Below, piece after piece: positions 29,201 to 37,700 of a stretch of DNA of 64,000 nucleotides. The stretch lies in the IMG/VR virus record IMGVR_UViG_3300047476_001057, positions 62,630-126,629 of that record, one strand, 5' to 3'. The notes under the pieces were generated by a model, which was not told the origin of the DNA, made no database searches, and saw only the letters and a list, made by a program, of their open reading frames with translations. Source of the DNA: a virus. The position numbers were made by a program, and so were the translations under genes. Positions within the stretch are counted from its first letter, which is position 1, and the number at the start of each line of letters is the position of its first letter.

Positions 29201-31721
29201 TGGTTTCAAGCTTTCTGATAAGATGGGTATACAGTTATCTGATGCTGCTGCCCAGATCTACCTGCTTAACAAGTACATCCAGACCAGCAACCTTAACAAT
29301 GACGTGTTTGCTTTGGGATCTATTCTGAATCTTTACAAGAAACTTAAGCCAAGCTGGAAGAGTGTAGACCGTACGTTGAAGAACTACGATTATTTCACTA
29401 GTGTGTTTGCCAATGAGAAGAGCCAGTTTGCCAACATACAAGAGATCCTTGAAAACTCTCCTGAGTTTAAGCCATTGATACAAGCGTTGAAAGAGCTATC
29501 TGAAAATGCAGAGACCATCCTTATAGAACGTCATCCTGTTATGAAAGCCATTGATGATACTATCAAAGGTGGACTTCAGGCGTTCAACCTGGATGAACAA
29601 GTAGAGCAAAGACTTACTGACCAGATAACTAAGTTCTTTATAATCAATAAGTTCAGAGAGGAAACTGAAGCAGAGCTTAAGGAAGAACTGGCTAAGCCAA
29701 CTCCTAATCCTCTGACTATCCAGTCACTGAAGAGTGCTCTTGAAATGTTCAAGGCTGATTTCTGGAAGGGTGAACCTTCTAATGCAGATGTCACTTCTAT
29801 AGAGCAGGACTTCCAATATCTAAAAGACAACCATGAGGGTAATCCTTTTGTGGACTATCTTAAAGAACGTACACGCCAGGGTATGACTTTCGTTGAAGCC
29901 CTGAGCCGTATGAAGCTTGAGAAAGAATATGCAGAAAACATCAATGATGGTTTCTTGTTACTACAGAACTCAGCTGACAGCCGCAGTAAAATCATAGCCC
30001 GTAAGTTGTTCCACTATACACTTGTAAAGGACGGTCTTGGTTATGGTTCTAATACGTTCATCAGCTACATCAATCCTCAGGACCCTCAAACTTTTGAAAA
30101 GATATCCAAGTATCTCAACCAGCTGCAGGCAGGCTTGATTGAGTTTAATAAGAAGAACCGTGCTCTTATACAAAAAGGTAAGACAGAAAGTTACTACAAG
30201 AAGTTCAATGATCTTCTTAATGATTTCTTTGGTAAGAAGACAGACCTCAATGTATACATCAGTTCTATTATCAGCCGTATAGGACTTTATGCAGGTAACA
30301 ATGACATCATGGTGAAGAGCCGTATGGCACTTATCAAAAGCAAGAAGAGCCGTTTTGCCGGTATAGATCCTGCTTTGATAGAAGAAGAGATGAAGTATCT
30401 GCTTCCTGAGACATACAAGCTCAAACCAAAAGAAGTATATACAGAGCTGGAAGACAACCCTGAGAACATAGAGTTCTGGTTGCCTACTTCTAAAGAAATG
30501 GGTGTGGGTAAGATTGTAATAGATACTGCACAGACCTATTCTAATATATCTAACATCATCCTGTCCCAAATGAACATCCGCCAGGGTGCACAGTTTAATG
30601 GTGACCAGGGTCAGGTGCAGACTTATGTATTCCCGCTGTTTGTAAAGAACAACTTTGGCCAAGTGTTACGTCTTACAGAAATAGATGGTACACGTCTCAG
30701 TGAGAAAGTAATCAACAACCTGACATCAAAACTCCAGGGAAAATCATATAATGATACTGTATCCGGTGTGCGTGCTACATACGTAGTTGCAGAACAGGAA
30801 GGTACAGACAGTATTCTTAACCTTGGATTCAGTGAGCAGGAAGCTCGTGAGCTTTACAAGTTTGCACAGGAAGATAATGATAACGCATTCCTTGACATCA
30901 GCCTTACAGGCAAGTTTGAGCAGGTGCTTCAGAAACTACGTAACGTGTACAAGGTAGAGCCTAAGCGTCTTAACCTCTTAGCACGTATTGTTAGAAGTGA
31001 AGTGATGAACGGTGCTGCTATCACCTTTGAAAAGCAGAAGAACAACTTGTTCTATGTAGACTACACTGTTGATACAAAAGACCGTGGTCCTGTACAACGT
31101 AAACTTTACTTCCGTCCGAGTGCTGCAGATCCTCTGAGCATCACTATAGAGATGAGAGAAAGAGAAGTAGTTACCGGTATAGAAACTCTGGTTAAGCTTG
31201 AAGATGACATGCGTGAGTTTCCAGCGGTAGAGATCGAGTTTGTAAAACGTGGTAAGCAATTCCGTGGACCTAAGGTTGCCAAGCCAGCTAACCCTACCAC
31301 TAAAGAAATGGTAGATGAAGTGGTGAAAACTTACCAGGTTCCTCAGGGCAGAAAGCTTAAAACAAGACTAACATTTACTACCTTTGCAGATACACAGTGG
31401 AACCTCCAGAAAGAGAACCTCAACCTGGAAAAACTGGTACAGATCTTCAACGATGTACACACTGTTCCATTGAACCAACCAGCTCCTGTACAGGAAGCTG
31501 CACCTGCTCCTTCTTCATTTACTATCCCAGCCGGTTTTGCACTGCGTCCTGGTGCTCCTGATGTAAAGACTTATGTATCCCAGATGCGTAAAGTGAGTGA
31601 CAAGAGTGAGGCTGAGCTAATAGAGATGTACAAGAAGATTAACCTTGTTGCTGTCTCTACAGGGAACATAGATGATGTAAGAAAGGACAAAGACTCCGGT
31701 GAGTGTATAGCAGAACTTTAA
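20208..31721 (+). CDS. Virion-packaged DNA-dependent RNA polymerase (two-barrel, crAss-like single polypeptide) with upstream zincin domain
   Basis: 3837 aa; catalytic DLDID at 27660-27674 in LSGSDLDIDSLY; STRIPTEDK and GFDGQS barrel motifs; DYFKR; HEAFH zincin at 23085-23099. Confidence 0.85.
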   Translation: MNKCSISIQTFADFTKQLLAQDAKYKNFAEVAKFIIKRPGQPDSVKMVALKGLAKIYDQLSKKDNTFSFSADDSKIIDVDLEKDNLETQFKNIAANYQVRPVSGPSIDAIRSDIKNLATLPVLQLQDAVTKIVKDIAALAKTNFRKSADEMVKSIGELYDRAINELAKNTGVSPIIRNSLTQLLNTEKNIATEAASDYIPLKNTIYGDTKLIVKKDGSVFEVLKDNNGKFIDINSQDGTTEVVFDRSAGDQLFNLRVDSSPFVGGNDGTQYIFSHNELRNGMNLRDRTGKVMTNQLLGLDNPLSALEVIASRTEVDRNQDRIRRIRTEIPNRTLETQEVASQQKALLAGSPVLTVFSPVDGAQIQFRIPGQQGAMILYGIDNYAIVYPDNRTVPVDFSESQKELILKLARKNTTNENGVNVTEPLTEEDFYNLKASYEKFKDFKKAVQEILDLNKDQAEVVLPQALVNTYISLARTGETIAVAPTADQQASLSTLLNKEGNPGQISFNVVEALDDENYSEPRRVTKPIMVAKQGGVWTFISDLKGNEMIAVERDGKTEYITFSDYMQNVLNVSPEITIPNFPSAFAWLYQKANGKFQPIALKYTPVETSADIARLAMGFGQLIKKMNDPQAEGPRELRNFNLNNFGFSPYNPTGATSFAGDFDSFKDPSGERSVSIQIHPMTMNWSQVPRDVRKALTIYIDVPVMNAFLQVVRKAAEMPAFKSQKLDLNTTAGRNALVKFIDEDPQLRKELMGAYEDINTHIYRKFQGIGEKLTKTSYNGEFDIPKIYTIMENEKSDLSGRWKLKVKDRQSGKDITNMDNYRSMTTEEVFSFGGIQAVFAGPNVSAVQTVNKPAPVTQNPANNTAADNVPGTTGGMQIDLDFEDGAFELAMDTELFQAYQAGQFQQELDWIKANLPKDITVEDLAEIMDDLKAEGRVLGYFRDRVIYLNEQLSGRGSGYHEAFHGVFRKLMDAATRERYLNLAKEKMGAVSKEQIQEFRQRRSLYHLSNAQVVDRMAEEYLADRFKSYKLEGRGAQEGWLKKLLNLIDSIIRFFNKNYKEIDSLFQRIDTGFYKNAQIVGEFKEGAFEMLPTRSTLVTGPNGKAVQRKNFLNKIEQAQLVNRLAELASFSVGKNFEEKFAAARKELIAELNIDNLVAQNPSEEAAIRARYESILQDKLYTLGVPVSMINETSNAAMDQNISLIQADPAQLAAYNKQQADALKSLKQQVNQKLNKISIANMYFDPEAMLSEEEFDEDDLGDETNYEDSFVNMNTLDGLSRQFRSFFGLISYIHTDDLGIKTTRMVDGATVFDTMMKILADTPVENMMTRMEETLEKMLESENMLAYERLNAVWDKMKKYFGLNEDNQPTRNTNLYNQFIDVFNVADLSTDVYYVNTRNDSSSLRVIDATIQNDINQYYEKLRRKYETSFMKKSVKEREEILRLAKSVIKTEVTTPTDLGSQSFNSLKARAKKVHKALSDMGIVLPLHTITYSLIAIDVKENKVELKPKSKALKQYILDQELINTGAYLDKDFFDKLVRYVDENTNIFDKTVDKDIAADGTLGLSDLEKNQLRLKKRGLGLINSVLKKTGRYVVKYDLDTVVSVFRNAEGKNVYRYVRYTPPLVISQSLRENGWQGTYTNFPVIARFLQDNPLTANKPENLLYLQNLELRTFGGARQTLKGVERDGVTAKTIDTAGYYLSYVLMSMNRKTTVNNNAAITTFSRMLTQNEASNTIYMVPNLYKRMVTSAGYVSEDKQNLVVKGFVDVIKQEYQRIQREWATRNDQNKEKFNNYNAVLNQDGSVNTEDPSLRAYNFNMLADFFEFNNPASRTANPQRADIRNQLIQSAKDGVKFDKLDLGALERELLNYAEEKFAAHLDILKSYKLVEEDQQTGGLTSRLIPDSYSVDGTSVSIETEDSNLESYLKDVYFNVFINNLQVSQFFDGDIAMGVKNFADYFKRQKMNVAAGPSMKSGSHNVAYVDEITFLINESELEEGQYDENDEMPEGFAGRAQKVKGFDGQSITTIEHRIEQYRKQGRLVDDVEGQKSVEEILKASRYRKLTEEEVEFLKDNKVVLGPKKTVTGALVYYHKQAEHILFRTDSSYMVVPDGMTRSQVEKRLAELYNQADIFRSKLRNADTYDVTADGGVEFIEDQLRDLYTQIHRYWEPLPHRVAHHNMLNSMETNDIDQLMDLTASKKATLLPVKVNERGITDLGKSKLSVPNIYKFDQVETSKVSTDISSTTQLQHLIDADINLDDKEVDSNLKDAVLQYRKLTGRLSEVSLDRLNNIIKDENGNVDVRAIIRSMRDGLESQGADSNTLKFFEIRDDQPVHNINLPLLKKMFTYYYFAFYSNNVFNKRQSGRKDYIITSWGYKLIEDRATGEIIKSDEIAKDPQKYNDNSKYKLRYPGVKYDAANDRYIVEVMVPRPYFKNQEEIDLFERKLSEFLSTRIPTEDKRSMIVAKVVDFIDGAYQNAIVIPQIIHILSGSDLDIDSLYSHTFATYEDFNGKQKVYGEANTPKEQFVEYLQSMMEDKTLAPLVKAELDKVYKEQVTDVPESLEDLAEDLNLPFYNYTKEQWIAALDELRKQRNDYYEQAQAIKERRKQTQEIYQRLKAENEQMVQEITDALKASLKAEGIDTTPDEFAELLWEQTSVMRERFREQGSLRESLEQMNYSIKVAYDIVTSANNKIRNSRNELERISRLMKVLATLNVLARKKMPVTVAQYTKEASKKGSLVPETLQNDLLQAKMDILGNPYTFKKLYIQERSDVSRFEKIAVAMKKTIKDVINKNNIFSPDGIIGSRDMVKSSGAGIGIAANINKFAAFASKKGLRLNAPVWSVNGKNYVDFTADSESRPISDIGNALGMQADAKSNPIPAVLNLNEVSLPITLVMIAQKLPLEMAITINSVPLVSKVIQRVMEEKREIRTIADLFNKRSLTSIAREEMSTAIEQLKEDGLQAELFEVDDEQNIIYDMAGNPKFKKDLMLEYEFDYTPAERTSAEEFGFKLSDKMGIQLSDAAAQIYLLNKYIQTSNLNNDVFALGSILNLYKKLKPSWKSVDRTLKNYDYFTSVFANEKSQFANIQEILENSPEFKPLIQALKELSENAETILIERHPVMKAIDDTIKGGLQAFNLDEQVEQRLTDQITKFFIINKFREETEAELKEELAKPTPNPLTIQSLKSALEMFKADFWKGEPSNADVTSIEQDFQYLKDNHEGNPFVDYLKERTRQGMTFVEALSRMKLEKEYAENINDGFLLLQNSADSRSKIIARKLFHYTLVKDGLGYGSNTFISYINPQDPQTFEKISKYLNQLQAGLIEFNKKNRALIQKGKTESYYKKFNDLLNDFFGKKTDLNVYISSIISRIGLYAGNNDIMVKSRMALIKSKKSRFAGIDPALIEEEMKYLLPETYKLKPKEVYTELEDNPENIEFWLPTSKEMGVGKIVIDTAQTYSNISNIILSQMNIRQGAQFNGDQGQVQTYVFPLFVKNNFGQVLRLTEIDGTRLSEKVINNLTSKLQGKSYNDTVSGVRATYVVAEQEGTDSILNLGFSEQEARELYKFAQEDNDNAFLDISLTGKFEQVLQKLRNVYKVEPKRLNLLARIVRSEVMNGAAITFEKQKNNLFYVDYTVDTKDRGPVQRKLYFRPSAADPLSITIEMREREVVTGIETLVKLEDDMREFPAVEIEFVKRGKQFRGPKVAKPANPTTKEMVDEVVKTYQVPQGRKLKTRLTFTTFADTQWNLQKENLNLEKLVQIFNDVHTVPLNQPAPVQEAAPAPSSFTIPAGFALRPGAPDVKTYVSQMRKVSDKSEAELIEMYKKINLVAVSTGNIDDVRKDKDSGECIAEL

Positions 31722-31745
31722 TACCTAACCCTACGAAACATACAT

Positions 31746-34700
31746 ATGGCCTGTCAAGTATTTAGAAATCCCAAGCGTGAAATCGTTAAGGTGGTTGCAC
31801 CTAACGGACAACCTTCTAACTTATACAAGGACATCCTTGCCCGCCCTGAAATGCAGGGTAATAAAGAGGCCGCCTTGGATGCCTGGTTGGTTGCTTATAC
31901 AGATGATTTTAAGAAAGTCCATGGTGACTGGGAAAAGAGTCCAAAGACTTTTAAAGGAGTGCTGGACAGCAATGGTGAGCCAGTATATAACCTTGTATTA
32001 CCTGGTGCTGTATATAATCTTTCTGATGTAGCAGAACAGTTTGCTTACCAGCAAGAAGAACTTGAGAGAAACTTTAGATTCACTTCAGGCTTGACACTCA
32101 TGAGCCGTGATAAAGCCCAAAGAATAGCAGACTGGGTAGCTAAGAATAACAAATACAACTCTGTCAAAGTAAGCATCCGTGGTGTAAATGATGGTTCTAA
32201 GATTATGTATGCCGTGGATATAGCTGAGAAACCTTTAAAAGAGATTTACAAACTTCAGTCCCAGCAAGCTATTGAACTACAGAAAGCCAGGGTAAACCAG
32301 GTGATCAACCGTCTTGCAGTTAAGTTTCCAAAACTGGAGACCAGATGGATTAGACCTGAAGATTTGGATCAAAAAGATCATGCTATAGATGTATCTACTG
32401 TACGTGGTTTTGTACGTGACGGTGTAATTTATCTTGTAGAAGGAAGAGCTACTGAGTCAGTAGCTATAGAAGAATTACTACATCCTTTTATTGAGTCACT
32501 GTTTCAAGACAACCTTGCTCTTTTTACAGGACTGTTCAATAAGGGTAAGGAGCGTTACTCGGATCTGTGGAAAAAGATTCAGGGAGCCTATCTTGACAGC
32601 CGTGGTTTTACTGAGGCTGATCGTAAGAAAGAACTTGTCACTCGTGTATTACAGCAAGTATTGCAGGAAGACATGAACAATCCTGAGAAATCTTTTCAGG
32701 AGCTGAAGTCTCTTTTACAAAGATTCTTTAACTGGCTCAGTGAACTCTTGCAGGAAGTATTTGATATCCGTACAGACGGTAACATCATGATCCAGGCATA
32801 CAACCTGCCTACCAAGATCAGCTACGAAGAGCTTTCTGAAATCATCAACACTAAGAACGTACAGCTTTCTACAGCTGTTGCCAATGCTAACTCATACAAC
32901 ACAGACGGTGAAATGGACAACCAGGAACTAAACAGTTCCAAGGACCGTAAGCTTGCCCGTGTAGAGGAGCAGATGGACATAGTGCGTAAGGTGATTGGTG
33001 ATCTTAAAAAAGCTAAGGGCACTGATGCTAAGATTGCCACACTTGAAAAGGTGTTGGTTAACTTAAACAAGTACCGTCAGATCATACAGAATGATGAATA
33101 CACTGTGTCGGTTACTAACCTTACCGGTGGCGGTGAGATAGATAACCAGCAGGCTTATAATGACTTTAAAGAGTTTGGTACGTTCATCCACTTTGTACTT
33201 GAGAACGTTCAGAAGATGAGCGTTGAGTCAGGTAAGAAAGTAACAACCATTCTTACCCGTGAGATGTTTGATATGCTAGCTGACAGCTATCCTGGTGAGT
33301 TTAACATCGTTAACCTGGACAGAAACCAGATGTACGAGATGAGCCAGGAGATGATCAGCTATCTTCAGTTCTATATTACCGGTGGCTACACCCTTCTTCC
33401 TGAGATATCAGTGGTAGGTAAGGATCGTAATGACCGTAATATAGTGGGACGTGTGGACATCATGGCAATAGCTCCTAACGGACAAGTAGAAATCGTGGAT
33501 CTCAAGACTAAGAAGGTATATACTAATGCACAAACTGGTTTGATATTTAACAAGCCTTATCCTGTAGCTACTACAGAACAAACAGATACTACTTTTTCTA
33601 ATACAAGAAGATCAGTATATGACAGCTGGGATACCCAACTTGGTGTATATGAAAGACTTTATGCTCAGGAAGGTATTCCTGTAGGACGTAAGAGCGTGTT
33701 GGTATTAGTTTACCGTGGTGACATGGTTGACGTTACAGATGTAAACACACCTGGTCAGTTTCAGTTTGAATACTCAGGATATGAGTTTGTAAACTACAGC
33801 TCTGACCAGCGTCAGAACGGAACAGATCTTGAGAAGTTGAACTATGCTAACACAGAACGTAAAGTAAAGCGTGCTGTCCCTGTAGCAGGAGAAGTGTCAG
33901 AAGAAACCAAGACTTCTAAAGAGCCTATTATCTTCAACCTTAAGGATGAAGAGTACAATCGTCTCTTAACTAACCTGGAGTCAATAGCTGCAGAAGAGAT
34001 CAAGAAGATAGAAAAGTCTTTGTCTCAGTTAGATGAGAACAATGAGAACGATAAGAAGCTAAGAGATTACTACAAGACACGCCGTGAGTCTATCCGTAAG
34101 ATTCAGGACAGCTTTAAGAAAGAAACCTGGGAACCTGCGTACAAGCTTACTGCCATCATGCAGTTTATGAGTGACAACACTGCTGCCATGAAACAAACTG
34201 CACAAGACATTGCTAACATCAAGGATCCTGTAGAAAAAGCCCGTAAGCTTGATGACCTTAAGAACAAGGCAGTAGCCTTTAACTATTTTCTTTCTGACAT
34301 TCGTGAGTTGCTCATCAATCTTAATGACGAGCGTAATGATAAAGCCATCAACCTGCTTGATAACATCCAGGCTAATATTGACTACACTATAGGTGTATTT
34401 AATGAGCTTGGTTTTAACTACCTAGTAGATGTACTGAAGTCTTCCATGAGTCCTCAGACTTTAGAAAAGCTTAACGCAGAAAGAGCTGAGAGTATAGACC
34501 CACTGATCAACCATCTTAAAAAGAAACTTGAAAAGCTAAAGGACCAAAAAGAACAGGGTGGCAGTGGTAACACTATATCTTATTCTATTTGGCAGGGGCT
34601 TAGTAACATGGCTCGTACAATAGCTAAGGTACCTATTGACACCAAGAACGAGATAGAAGCTTTAGAGGTACGTATTAAATCTTTAGAACTACGTAAGCAG

Positions 34701-37700
34701 GGAATAAATTTAGATGACAAGTCTGTACGTCAATATATACAAGGCATCCTGGATAAAAACTCTCTTTACTATATAGGATCAGATAGTACTGTGCTTACTG
34801 ATTTCATAGCTGCATCATCTAACGCAGACCTGGGTATTTCTGGTTTTGCTAACCACCTAAAGTTTATTGAGGTGAGAGCCAAGCAGCTCTACGTAAACTT
34901 TATGGAGAAGAACAAGTTCCAGACTCTGTATGATAAGTTCCGTAAAGGAAAGACAGACATTGACAAGATCAATGCTCCTATATCAGAAGTCAGGGATGTT
35001 ACTGAGTACAATGCAGAAGGACAGCCTATAGTAAAACGCTACCGTTCTTTTGTTGACCCGGTCACTGAAGAGTACAAGAACGTGTTCAAGAAGTACTATA
35101 ATGATATGAGGATGCTGAACAAGCAGATCCGTGAAACTGGTGACATTGATCAGAAGAAAGACCTTGCCCGTCAAAAAGCTGCTTTAGTGCAGGCACATAA
35201 GACCTGGAGATTAGAAAACTCCCAGATGCCATACGTGGACGAGATCTACGAACTGGATAAATTCCTTCCTGAACAGTTCAAACAGAAACGTGATGAGCTC
35301 TATGAAGAGCGTGAAGCTATCCTTGCACAGGTAGGTCTTAATGAAGAAGAGAAACTTTCTGAAGAAGATTTAGAAAGTCTTGCTGAGATAGAGATCCAGC
35401 TGAGAAAACTGAAGCAGGAGACTATCGAGCAGAATGCTTCTTACCAGGAGTATATAGAGAAAATGGAAAAGTACTACAGCTACGAGCCTAACGTATTTTT
35501 CTTTGAACGTATCAAGAGCTCTAAGCAGATTGAGTATGCAGATGATCCTGTAGCATTTAAGAAGTGGATGGAGCTTAACACATACAAAACACCTAAGCAG
35601 GAGTACTATGATACCCTTGCTGATCTGTATGATACTTTGTACAACTTACTTCCTAATAACGAAGCTACACAGGAGCTCAGGGAAAAGCAGCGTACAATTC
35701 TCAGAGCGTATAAGCGTAATGGTTATGTTGATACACGTTTCCTTTCAGCTGAAGACATCAAACTCTATGAAGAGATAGAGCAGCAGCTTGCAGAGATCCG
35801 TGAAGGAAGTGGTAGTATTATGTCCGGTCTGAGCAGGGAAGAGAAAGATGCAGTGCGTGAGATCTTTGACGAGCTCAACTCTATGACTGCAACCTTTGTT
35901 AACCCTTACTATGACAGGGACTACTCTTCAAGGATTGAGGCTTTAGACCAGAAACTATTTATATATAACGAGGCTAAGCGTAAAAGTGAAGCTGCAAGTG
36001 GTGCAGAAAAAGCACAGCTGGAGCGTGAGACTATACAGGCGTTAGAGAACTTCTATGAAGAAGAAAAAGAGTTTGAAGCATGGTATAATATGAACCATGA
36101 CAATGTCTATGAGTCTAAGCTTTTAGGTAAGCCTCTGAACCCTGCTCCCAAAGCATTCAACTTTGTAAGACTTCCAAGTGATCCTAACATGATGGAGGTA
36201 AAGCCTTCACCTAAGTATAGCATCCGTAAGTTAAAAGAAGAAGCTTTCAATAAGAAGTACCAGGAAACCGTTGACGGATTCCCTATGCCAAGAGGTATGA
36301 AGTCTGTAGATGGTGTAGTTAAGATTGAGCAGACATCTAAATGGGTGAACCCACGCTATGAGCAGCTCACTAAAGAGACAGATAACTTTGACTTCTATAC
36401 ACAGTTTGTTGGTCAGTTTATCAAGATGCAGGACCAGACCTATGGTCGTAACCTGGGATACTTCTTCCCTGGTTTTGAAGAGACCAGCCTGCAGATCTAT
36501 AAAGAGAAAGGCTTCACTGAAGGTTTCAAGAAGAACTTTGAGATCTTTAAGCAGAAGAACTTCTCTGCCAGCAGCATCTTTGACTACTCTATCAACGAGA
36601 TAGCCAGTGGTAATGATACTATGGTGAGGATGAAGTTCAACCGTCCTATCAACCTCAATGAAGCAGAAGCTACTGTAGATGGTATTGGTTCTGTTATCCG
36701 CTGGTATGAGGAAGCATTTATTAACCAGGCAGTGGGTGAGGCTCAGCCTTTGGTAAGCTCAACGCTTTCTTATCTAAATAACCTTTACAAACAACTTGAC
36801 CAGTCTAACATTGCTGATAAAGAAACCCGTAAGGCTAACCTAAAAAGAGTGATTGACTCTTACACCTTTGAGTATGAGAAGATCATTAAGGGTGAGACTA
36901 AGCTCAATGAAGGTAACATGGGTAAGATGGGTGACACCTTACTGAAAGGTATTGGTTTCACACGTCTTGGTTTTGACATAGCCAACCAGATAGGTAACTA
37001 CTTCTCTGGTAATGTTCAGACATTCCTGGGCGGTCATAAAACCGGTCAGTACAATAATAAGAACCTGGCTAAAGCAAAACAGCAGTTCTATAGTCAGGAT
37101 GGTCTTATGGCTTCTTTACTAAGAGATGCAAATAAGATGTCAGGCTTTACTTTTATGACCAAGATGTATCTCTACTTTAATCCTGCACAGGCTGATCTGA
37201 AGAATGCATACGATAAGACCCGTTCTACCGGTCAACGTATCGGACAGGGAGCTCTGGATCTTCAGCCTGCATTCTGGATACAGGACAAAGGTGAGATAGA
37301 GATCTCTTCTACTATATGGCTTGCTATGATGGATAACCGCAGGGTTAAACTTGTAGCCGAGCGTAACCCGGACGGCACTGTTAAGAGCTACCAGGTTAAT
37401 CCTGATGGTTCTGTAAAGACTGTTCCTGCTTATGAAGCATACAGAACCAATGCAGAAGGTGAAGTTGTTATACGTGATGATGCAGACTGGACCAAGGATG
37501 ACGAGAAGAGCCTTATGAGTGCTATCTTCTCTGAGATCCGCAGGACCCAGGGTAACTATGCATCAGCAGACAAGACAAGAGCAGAGCGTGGTATCCTTGG
37601 AAGGTTCTTAGTATTCTACCGTAAGTACCTCTTACCGTTTGTTCTCAACCGTTTTGGTGCAAGAAGAGACAGTACTGAAGCCGGTGAAGTAGCTATGGGA

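Noticed and set aside
20188-31721. C-terminal Cys as prenylation (CaaX) or lipoprotein signals
   Set aside because: The spacing is wrong (CNI, CIAEL), bacterial hosts lack CaaX prenylation, and there are no signal peptides before the N-terminal Cys.
190-37000. Many 60-230 aa antisense ORFs in the track (e.g. 19351..20034, 29970..30662)
   Set aside because: They lie opposite long genes, lack motifs and are expected shadows of codon bias.
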